DNA of 63,728 nt, counting the filler. It is 4 parts of 4 records of this genome, joined end to end, with 100 filler letters (N's around TTAATTAATTAA, not from the genome) between each part and the next. Parts side by side here need not be neighbours in the genome. Positions count along the whole stretch, not along the records: positions 45,232 to 58,649 come from SRR20825010_6165; positions 58,750 to 63,728 come from SRR20825010_6204; 2 more parts are not named here. One strand, given 5' to 3'. This document shows positions 51,869 through 59,906 of the stretch, in pieces. The notes under the pieces are model-generated. The model worked only from the letters and a program-made list of their open reading frames with translations. It did not search any database and was not told where the DNA came from. Made by a program: the position numbers and the translations under genes. Numbering within the stretch: position 1 is the first letter of the stretch; every line of letters begins with the position of its first letter.

Positions 51869-52236
51869 CTATTCTTGTTTTTCCTCAATTATAGCATCGT
51901 AAGACTCACAAATAAGCAGCCAAAAATCGGTCTCCAATTTCCGTGTTTCATTAATGTGGTCGTGAATCAGTTTATTGTAGCAGCCAGTAGACAAATCGTA
52001 AACTTCTACAACGTCAACAATCCCATAGGGTGCAGCGAGTGAATTAATGAAACACGTTGCGATTCTGGTGTCCTTTTTGAGTTTGGGTAAACGTGAAAGC
52101 GCATGGTGTTTTGTGATATGTCCAAAGCGGCAGAGTCCTGTGCGGAATAGCAACTCCCATAATAGAAGCCCCTTCTTTGAGCCATTCCTATTTGTGTGAA
52201 AATTACCAACCCGATTACAATTACTAGTTTATTCAC
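51869..52236 (-). pseudogene. small secreted protein split by a -1 frameshift
   Basis: ORF 52236-52006 has a signal peptide; ORF 52153-51869 in the -1 frame supplies a protein-like C-terminus (INSLAAPYG...GCYNKLI...FW). Confidence 0.55.
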
Positions 52237-52287
52237 GTTTTGGTTTTGGTGTGGGGAAAAATCATTTTCATGAGGATTTTGGGTTCC

Positions 52288-53052
52288 TTATTTTGACACT
52301 CGCAGAAAAACACCAAAGCTTGTATAAAAAGAACTGTAAACGGGCTGACTAGATTTTTCCCTTAAATTCAAAGAGTATCCAGCCATCACTTGTGCTCCAA
52401 ATCTTCCAACCTGCTGATCAAAAGACAGGAAAGGGTCCAAAAGAATCGTGGTGAAGGGCTTGTTATAAATGATTCGATAATCCTGCTCGTAGTAGTACTT
52501 ATCAAAATAAACAACTTGACCTCTTAAGCCAAGACTAAGGATAGGTCTTGCATCGCTAAGGTTAAGTGGTATGTTCAGTGAAGGCTGAAAAAAAATATTT
52601 GCCGACTTTGCTAGCGAAGTGAAATCAGGGCCAAGGGAGCCAACAGGTAAGCCAACACACCCACAATGATGGCCTTCCGGGTCAGCAAAATTGGTGCTCG
52701 ACGCTCTAAGTGAGCCCCCTCCAAAGCCAGATACTATTTCATACCTCAATCCGTCAGCTAATTTGTCAAAATAGACCAGAGCAAAATCAGCGTAACTAAG
52801 CCTTTCATAATATGTCCTTTGAGAACCAAAGGTGAGGTGTGTTTTTACCCCAAATTTTTTAGCTGGGGCAAAAGCCAGGTCAAAATCATAAATTTGATTT
52901 TCAAAAATTGCATCCGCTCCCCAATTCGCCCGAACCATAAAATCATTTTTTTCCTGAAGGCCAGAGATTTGGGGCAGGTTGTTAATATAGCTTATTGGGG
53001 CTTGACAGCCAATAAAAGAAATAAAGGATAATAAAAGCCAAATTCTGCCCAT
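52288..53052 (-). CDS. hypothetical lipoprotein, paralog A
   Basis: Lipobox FIGC, then QAPISYINNLP; beta-strand-rich. Confidence 0.75.
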   Translation of the reverse strand: MGRIWLLLSFISFIGCQAPISYINNLPQISGLQEKNDFMVRANWGADAIFENQIYDFDLAFAPAKKFGVKTHLTFGSQRTYYERLSYADFALVYFDKLADGLRYEIVSGFGGGSLRASSTNFADPEGHHCGCVGLPVGSLGPDFTSLAKSANIFFQPSLNIPLNLSDARPILSLGLRGQVVYFDKYYYEQDYRIIYNKPFTTILLDPFLSFDQQVGRFGAQVMAGYSLNLREKSSQPVYSSFYTSFGVFLRVSK

Positions 53053-53127
53053 AAATGGATACGCGTACTATAAATTAAATTTAGCGGTTTTGTAAAATAC
53101 ATGCAAACCTCCTTTCAGTCCTAAGAA

Positions 53128-53190
53128 CTTATTCTGCCCTTTATACCAATGAAAATTCTTTATATCCATCATTCCACAACTTGGAAGATG
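53128..53190 (+). pseudogene. duplicated 5' remnant of the glycosyltransferase gene
   Basis: CTTTATACCAATGAAAATTCTTTATATCCATCA versus CTTTATACCAATGAAAATCCTTTACATCCATCA at ~54100; both encode MKILYIH. Confidence 0.8.
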
Positions 53191-53211
53191 GAGGTACTAT
53201 CTTCTTTGACA

Positions 53212-54018
53212 TTACTGGCCAAGTGATTCCCCTTTTTCCCGCTTCTTCAAATTGATATAAACACCAATACTGTAGTAAAACCTCTTGTAAACAGGCTGAT
53301 CGGAGGAGGATTTGGGAATATTATTTAAGTTAAGTGAATAGCCCAGTTTCGTGTTTAATCCAAAATACCCGCTGTTGTAGTTTGAATCAATAAACGGATC
53401 AATCGTGAAGCTAGAATAAGATCCATTGAGTACTCGCAGGTCATCATTTTGATAGTACAATGTTTGGATATCCGTGTATTGCAACCTTAGCCCAGTTGAA
53501 ACCCTCAAGGATTCTTCCGTTTTAATGGGAAAATTTAGACTCGGTTGAATGTAAAACTTATTCGCCTTTCCGTACGAATTGTAACCGTAACCACTCCTGG
53601 GTACAGGTACAATAATGGGTGATTGGTGATCCGTTCCTTGATGTGACGAATAAGAAATGTCTTCACTCCGCATTTTCTCGGTTCCTACTCCAGCGACAAT
53701 TTCATAACCAAACATTTCATTTTCCGATTGGTCGTAGAAAACGAAAGCAATATCTTTATAATTAAGCTCATTAAAGTATCTTGAATTGCCAAGAGCAGTG
53801 AAATGTGATTTTATACCAAGATGACTAATGGGAGACCAAGCCATATCAAAATCATAAATCATATCCGAAAGTCTCCAATCAGCGCCCAGGTTCATTTTCA
53901 CATTTAAATCCCCACTTTGCTCAAGTCCGGATACAGTTGGCAGGTTATTAATGTAGCTAATGGGTGCTTGACATGCACTGAGTGAAATAAAAACCAATAG
54001 TATTAAAATTCTATTCAC
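53212..54018 (-). CDS. hypothetical lipoprotein, paralog B
   Basis: Lipobox LSAC, then QAPISYINNLP; shares IYDFD.A, QPSLN.P, DPF, GYSLNL, QPVY..FY.S.GV with paralog A. Confidence 0.75.
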   Translation of the reverse strand: MNRILILLVFISLSACQAPISYINNLPTVSGLEQSGDLNVKMNLGADWRLSDMIYDFDMAWSPISHLGIKSHFTALGNSRYFNELNYKDIAFVFYDQSENEMFGYEIVAGVGTEKMRSEDISYSSHQGTDHQSPIIVPVPRSGYGYNSYGKANKFYIQPSLNFPIKTEESLRVSTGLRLQYTDIQTLYYQNDDLRVLNGSYSSFTIDPFIDSNYNSGYFGLNTKLGYSLNLNNIPKSSSDQPVYKRFYYSIGVYINLKKREKGESLGQ

Positions 54019-54109
54019 GCCAATTCAGCTAGTTTTATATTCAATTTAGCGGTTTAGTATTGGTCCAGCAAATTTTTGACATTCCAAACTTATTCCCACC
54101 TTTATACCA

Positions 54110-55312
54110 ATGAAAATCCTTTACATCCATCAATACTTCCGAACACCCGAAGAAGGCGGTTGCACCCGATCCTATCATCTGGCAAAGGGCTTGGTGGATC
54201 ATGGGCATGAGGTAGAAATGATTACTGCACATTATGGGGATTACCAAATCAAAGAAATTGAAGGACTTACGGTAAGGTATTTACCCATTTTATATAAAAA
54301 TCAATTTGGTTTCCTGAAACGTGTTTGGGCTTTTTGGAAATTCGTTCGGTTGGCGAAAAAGGAAGCGACTAAAATCCAGAACGTGGATCTGGCCTACGTA
54401 ATGACCACTCCGCTCACTACAGGTTTGATCGCACTTTATCTAAAAGAGAAAAGAAACATTCCCTACTATTTCGAAGTAGGGGATCTCTGGCCGGAAGCGC
54501 CGATCCAAATGGGTGCGGTAAAAAACCCAATCTTCAAATGGCTTTTGTATCGGTTCGAGAAGAAATGTTACTTCGAGGCGCAAAAGGTTATCGCTTTGTC
54601 CCCCGACATTCGAAATTATATTGAGCGGGTTTCACCAGTTACGAAAGTACATATCCTCCCAAATATTTCTCACTGTAGTTATTATGAGCAGCAAATACGG
54701 ATAAACACTTTTGACGGAAAAACGCCTTTCCGTATCGGATACATCGGGACGCTTGGTCGAGCCAATAATCTGGAATATCTGCTTGATGTGGCTCGAGCAT
54801 CACTGAATCTAAAGCTTCCGATTGCTTTCCACATTATGGGAGAAGGAATGGAGGAGAAGTCCTTGAAAGCAAAAGCCAGAATATTGTCGAATGTTTCTTT
54901 TCAGCCTCATGGCTCAAAAGGGCAAGTGAAAGATGTGCTGGAAACTATGGATGCCGTTTATATTTCTTTCAAGAATCTTCCCGTGTTGGCCACCGGAAGT
55001 CCCAATAAGTTTTTTGATGGCCTGGCAGCAGGCAAGCTGATCATCATCAATTTTGAAGGGTGGATCAAAGACGTGGTGGAGAAAAACGGCTGTGGCTTTT
55101 ATCATTCGCCAACCAAACCAAAACAGTTTCTTAGAAAGATTGAGCCATATTTAAAAAACCACGAGGTGCTGCTCAATGCCCAACGAAATTCCAGAAAACT
55201 TGCGGAGGAATTTTACGACTGTGAACTATTGGTGCAAAAACTTCTGAAAATCCTCAACAACGAAAAGAGTATCACCATCGACGACTCGGAGATCTATGTG
55301 CTCACCGCCTGA
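54110..55312 (+). CDS. glycosyltransferase family 4 (WbuB-like)
   Basis: MKILYIHQYF..P..GG.RS, FEVGDLWPE, YIGTLG.AN, SPNKFFD.LAAGK. Confidence 0.9.
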   Translation: MKILYIHQYFRTPEEGGCTRSYHLAKGLVDHGHEVEMITAHYGDYQIKEIEGLTVRYLPILYKNQFGFLKRVWAFWKFVRLAKKEATKIQNVDLAYVMTTPLTTGLIALYLKEKRNIPYYFEVGDLWPEAPIQMGAVKNPIFKWLLYRFEKKCYFEAQKVIALSPDIRNYIERVSPVTKVHILPNISHCSYYEQQIRINTFDGKTPFRIGYIGTLGRANNLEYLLDVARASLNLKLPIAFHIMGEGMEEKSLKAKARILSNVSFQPHGSKGQVKDVLETMDAVYISFKNLPVLATGSPNKFFDGLAAGKLIIINFEGWIKDVVEKNGCGFYHSPTKPKQFLRKIEPYLKNHEVLLNAQRNSRKLAEEFYDCELLVQKLLKILNNEKSITIDDSEIYVLTA

Positions 55313-56293
55313 TTAACCTTTGGGCTTGTAGCCCGAAAGACGAAAAATCGTTTCATTGTCACGATCGGTGATCATCGTTTTTATATCTACATTGTTATTT
55401 CTCATGTAGGAATCAACGATTTTCCAGCCCACCCACGCGCCAATTCTACCCGGACATTCCTGACTTATTTCGTAGACATTTGGTCGCTCACCTAAAAATT
55501 TTCGCTTTGTGATGTGACTCGTTTCATAGAGCACTTCATTTTCCACAAAATTGGCCCAGATCACGGCCTCATTGGCATTTGCCGTTTGTATCTCTTTCGG
55601 GGTAAAACCAATGATGAGAGAATCAGGCGTGCATGGCATCAATTGACTGAGGAAATAATAGCTCTTGCCAAAATCAATCATTTCCGATAATAGGGATTCA
55701 TTTTTACCTTTTCTCAAATAAGGAGCACTAAAAAACTGGACTATGGTTACGGGCAAGTGATTTTGATCGTACCTCCTCAGGATGTACTGAGGAATGTCCA
55801 TAGGTCGATAGGTCGCTTTTGGGCCAATGAAATAATCCAAACCAACAATGATCAGGCTGTCGGATATATACAAATCCGTGTAAAAACCCGTCACGGCAGT
55901 TTGAACTTTCGGGACAACCATTTCAGGATATACGCTTTTCATTCGGCCAAAAGCATCATCGAGCGTTGCTTGAAGTCCCGATAAATCTTTAAAAACCTCC
56001 TGGGACTCTTTGTACAGGGTATCTATGAAAGGATCTTTTGTGAGCGGGAAGACTTTTCCAGCCAATATTTCATAATTGGGGTATTCATCGGCATCCAGAA
56101 AGAGCCTGGAGAAGGATTCGTTTGATTCGAGGAAGTCCTTAACTTCCTCTGTAGATTTGCATTCGAATAAGGCTTTATCAAGTCTTTGAATTTTAGTGAT
56201 TTGCGGGCTAACGGCAATGGATGATTCCCTGCAACCCTCTTTGCCACAAGACACTAAGAAAAGAATCCCAATCGTTATGAATACTGCACGCAT
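55313..56293 (-). CDS. gldB: gliding motility lipoprotein GldB
   Basis: Lipobox LVSC; GLDYFIG, MI..GK, NE..IW..F, PGRIGAWVGW.IV..YM, SGYKP. Confidence 0.85.
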   Translation of the reverse strand: MRAVFITIGILFLVSCGKEGCRESSIAVSPQITKIQRLDKALFECKSTEEVKDFLESNESFSRLFLDADEYPNYEILAGKVFPLTKDPFIDTLYKESQEVFKDLSGLQATLDDAFGRMKSVYPEMVVPKVQTAVTGFYTDLYISDSLIIVGLDYFIGPKATYRPMDIPQYILRRYDQNHLPVTIVQFFSAPYLRKGKNESLLSEMIDFGKSYYFLSQLMPCTPDSLIIGFTPKEIQTANANEAVIWANFVENEVLYETSHITKRKFLGERPNVYEISQECPGRIGAWVGWKIVDSYMRNNNVDIKTMITDRDNETIFRLSGYKPKG

Positions 56294-56313
56294 AGTTTTT
56301 AATTTTAAGCTGC

Positions 56314-56321
56314 CAAAAATA
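56314..56321 (-). promoter_or_regulatory. Bacteroidota -7 element upstream of gldB
   Basis: Minus strand TATTTTTG, 20 nt before the ATG. Confidence 0.45.
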
Positions 56322-56339
56322 GCACATCTAAAGATTCGC

Positions 56340-56993
56340 ATGAGAAAGTTCCTTTTAATAATCCCTTTCATTTTATCATCCTATTTCATCAACGCTCAAT
56401 CGAAGCTAGGATTGAAATTCTCCCCAACTATTTCATCCAACAGGGCTGCACTAGTAGACAGTGTGTATGATGTGAGAACAGGAGGGAGCAACGGCACCTT
56501 TTCTATCGGTTTGATCTACGACCATGAAATAACCGAAACCTACTTCCTTAGTACAGGGCTCATTTTCGTTCCGAAAAAAACGCATTTTTCTGTTTCGAAA
56601 GAAGATGGGTCCGCACTAGGCTCTACCTACAATCCTACAGAAACTTATAAACTCCAATACCTACAGATTCCAGTTACACTCAAATTATTTACAAACGAGG
56701 TAATGCCTGATGGTCGTGTTTTCTTTCAGGTAGGAACTGCCCTTGAGTTTTTGGTTAACAATGAACCTACAAAAGAGGATTATGATCAGGTAAAGGATTT
56801 TAGCAATATGGACTTCTCCGTCATCCTGGGAGGAGGGTTTGAATACCGCGCCGGAATCAATACCACCTTGTTTGCTGAAGTTTCATATCAGCGAGGACTC
56901 GTAAATCAAATAAAAGCTCTTCAGGATAAATTCCAGGAAGAGCTTTTTATTCGTAGTACTGTTGTTTCAATTGATCTGGGGATCAAGTTTTAA
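56340..56993 (+). CDS. porin family / outer-membrane beta-barrel protein
   Basis: Signal peptide ending AQ, LQYLQIPV.LK, C-terminal LGIKF. Confidence 0.8.
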   Translation: MRKFLLIIPFILSSYFINAQSKLGLKFSPTISSNRAALVDSVYDVRTGGSNGTFSIGLIYDHEITETYFLSTGLIFVPKKTHFSVSKEDGSALGSTYNPTETYKLQYLQIPVTLKLFTNEVMPDGRVFFQVGTALEFLVNNEPTKEDYDQVKDFSNMDFSVILGGGFEYRAGINTTLFAEVSYQRGLVNQIKALQDKFQEELFIRSTVVSIDLGIKF

Positions 56994-58540
56994 GTCTCGA
57001 TCAATTCCCCGCGATCATTTAAGATATTGTATTCGGAAATGGCGAGTGACGAATCTTCAATGAGTTTCACCCATTTCTGATACTTGAAATACCATTTCAC
57101 TCTTTTCGAGAAAATCCCATTTGTAAAATAAGAATACAAGTATGGGTGCAGGCTAAGTGTGAGTTTCTTTTCGTTCTGGTTTTTCAACACCAGTTCAATG
57201 GTGCTTTCTACTTGATCAGCAATGTTGATTGAAGCAGAAATTTGACCTGAACCATTGCAGGTAGGGCATTGTTCCCGCGTCGCGATGTTCAACTCTGGTC
57301 TTACCCTTTGTCTGGTGATTTGAAGTAAACCAAACTTTGAGAGTGGAAGAACCGTGTGCTTGGAACGATCGTCTTTCATCTCAGTCCTGATCCGGTCGTA
57401 AACCTTCTTACGGTTATCGGCCTTACGCATGTCGATAAAATCAACAACAATTATTCCGCCCATATCCCGCAGACGCAATTGACGAGCAATCTCTCCTGCC
57501 GCTTCCAGATTTACAGTAAGCGCTGTGCTTTCCTGATCATCTTCACGATTTGACTTATTTCCACTATTCACGTCAATGACGTGCAAAGCTTCTGTGTGCT
57601 CGATAATCAAATAACCTCCACTAGGGATCGTCACTGATTTTCCGAAAGACATCTTGAGTTGTTTCTCAACACCCAATGCCTCAAAAATTTTCACTTTATT
57701 GGAATAAAGCTTCAGTATTTTCTCCTTGTCGGGAGCTATTTTCTGAATGTAGGCTTTTATTTCGGCGTGAAGATCTTTGTCATCTACAGTGATGCTGTCG
57801 AACGATTCGTTGAGCACATCCCTTAAGATGGTATTTGCCCGGTTGATTTCACCAATGACTTTATCTCTTGGCTCTGCCGTGCGAAGGGCTTTGATGCCAT
57901 CCTCCCAGGTTTTAACCAGGTTTCTCAGATCTGAATCAAGCTCTTTCACATCCTTGCCTATAGCAACGGTGCGAATAATCACCCCAAAATTTTCTGGTTT
58001 AATTGAACTGATCAGTCGTGACAGGCGCTTACGCTCAGCATTATCACTGATTTTTTTAGAAACGCTTACCGCGTTCGAAAATGGTACCAGCACGATATAT
58101 CGGCCGGCAATTGACAACTCACAAGAAAGTCTTGGTCCTTTTGTAGAAATTGGCTCTTTGACTACCTGAACCAGTATTTTCTGATTCTTGGTAAGTACCT
58201 GACCTATTTTACCGAGTTTGTTGATGTCCGGTTCTTGATTGAACCCATTCAGTTTAGAACTGATGTTCTTTCGATTAAGAACAAGCTTGGTAAATTTATT
58301 TAGGGATTGAACCTGAGGACCTAGGTCGAGGTAGTGCAAGAACGCATCCTTTTCATAGCCAATGTCTATGAAAGCAGCATTGAGTCCTTGAACCACCTTT
58401 TTGACCGTGCCCAGATAAATGTCACCTACGTTGAATACGTTTCCCTCTTCTTCTTGATGGAATTCAACGAGTTGTTTGTTCTTTAAAAGGGCAATCCGAC
58501 ATCCTTTTTGAGTTGAGTTTAGTATTAGTTCATTACTCAC
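56990..58540 (-). CDS. rng: Rne/Rng family ribonuclease
   Basis: S1 domain AAFIDIG..KDAFLH, KEPISTKGPRL, IDVNSG, QLRLRDMGGIIVVDFIDM, CPTC.G.G. Confidence 0.9.
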   Translation of the reverse strand: MSNELILNSTQKGCRIALLKNKQLVEFHQEEEGNVFNVGDIYLGTVKKVVQGLNAAFIDIGYEKDAFLHYLDLGPQVQSLNKFTKLVLNRKNISSKLNGFNQEPDINKLGKIGQVLTKNQKILVQVVKEPISTKGPRLSCELSIAGRYIVLVPFSNAVSVSKKISDNAERKRLSRLISSIKPENFGVIIRTVAIGKDVKELDSDLRNLVKTWEDGIKALRTAEPRDKVIGEINRANTILRDVLNESFDSITVDDKDLHAEIKAYIQKIAPDKEKILKLYSNKVKIFEALGVEKQLKMSFGKSVTIPSGGYLIIEHTEALHVIDVNSGNKSNREDDQESTALTVNLEAAGEIARQLRLRDMGGIIVVDFIDMRKADNRKKVYDRIRTEMKDDRSKHTVLPLSKFGLLQITRQRVRPELNIATREQCPTCNGSGQISASINIADQVESTIELVLKNQNEKKLTLSLHPYLYSYFTNGIFSKRVKWYFKYQKWVKLIEDSSLAISEYNILNDRGELIET

Positions 58541-58564
58541 TACTCAAAAATTTAAATGTCCCAA

Positions 58565-58649
58565 TTATTTCTTCTTGTGTCTGTTTTTTCTAAGTCTCTT
58601 CTTTCTCTTGTGAGTAGCGATCTTATGTCTTTTTCTTTTTTTACCGCAA
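58565..58649 (-). CDS. 30S ribosomal protein bS22 (AURKAIP1/COX24 domain), 5' truncated; not in ORF track
   Basis: Reads CGKKRKRHKIATHKRKKRLRKNRHKKK*, immediately upstream of rng. Confidence 0.85.
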
Positions 58650-58749
58650 NNNNNNNNNNNNNNNNNNNNNNNNNNNNNNNNNNNNNNNNNNNNTTAATTA
58701 ATTAANNNNNNNNNNNNNNNNNNNNNNNNNNNNNNNNNNNNNNNNNNNN
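58650..58749. other. artificial contig linker
   Basis: N44-TTAATTAATTAA-N44. Confidence 0.98.
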
Positions 58750-59771
58750 CTATCGGCACTACTGTATGCGGCAGCAATGAGACCTAGGATGAATAGAATG
58801 GCTACAGCAAACCCAAATTCATTTTGCATTGCTAGCATTGGGTATAGTTGATCTTTGTGTGCATCAATACCATTTTGTTGTGCATAAACAGTCAGTAAAA
58901 GTCCTAAAACTAGAAATACAAAATTTACAATTGTCAACACGATTGTAAACCAAAACATATTTTTCTGCGCATCTTTCAAATTGCGACAGGTTAAGTTTTT
59001 TTGCATCATATCTTGATCGAGTCCAGTCATTACAATTGCAATAAATGCACCACTAATAAATTGTTTTATAAAGTGATCACTCGATTTCCAATCATCGAAG
59101 AAGAAAATCTGACTCATATCACTATCGGCTATAAAAGTGAAAAGCTTGCTTCCCGAGAGCCCTAAATCTGTTGAAACATAATACACTGAAACACCTACAG
59201 CAATTAACATAAAAAGTGTTTGGAGTGTGTCTGTCCATACAATGGTTTTTATGCCACTTTTAAATGTATATAGCCAAATTAGTAAAATTGTTATAGTTAC
59301 TGTAACCCAAAAAGGAATGTTTAATTCATCAAAAATTAAAGTTTGCATAACTACAGCAACAAGATATAGCCGAAAACTTGCACCAACTACTCTCGATAAA
59401 AGAAAAAATGAAGCTCCTGTTTTATATGATGCTTTTCCAAACCTTTCTTCTAGATAGGTGTAGATTGAAGTCAGATTTAAGCGATAATATAACGGAAGTA
59501 ATACGGTGCCGATAACTGCATAACCCACAATATACCCTAAAACAACTTGAAAATAACTAAACTTTGAAGCTTCTACCCATCCAGGGACAGATATAAAAGT
59601 AACGCCGCTTAAGGAAGCGCCAATCATCCCAAAAGCAACCAGATACCATGGCGATTGTTTGCCTGCTTTAAAAAAATCGGCATTACTTCCACCTCTGTTG
59701 GTTAAAAAGGAAATTAGTATTAAAACTAAAAAATAACCAACAATTAATAATAATATGTGTAAGGGTTGCAT
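58750..59771 (-). CDS. sodium:solute symporter (3' truncated)
   Basis: FF.AG...[43 protein letters not shown]. Confidence 0.92.
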
Positions 59772-59853
59772 AAATTTTATGACTTAAGTTGTTTAGAAAA
59801 ACTTTTTTTTGTAAAAATACAAAGTTTGTCTTCCTTAACATTTTTATTTTTAA

Positions 59854-59861
59854 TACTTTTG
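59854..59861 (+). promoter_or_regulatory. Bacteroidota -7 element
   Basis: TACTTTTG, 45 nt upstream of ATG 59907. Confidence 0.45.
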
Positions 59862-59906
59862 AAATCTTTCTATAATAAACCTTGTAATAACTTAAAAATC
59901 AACAAA

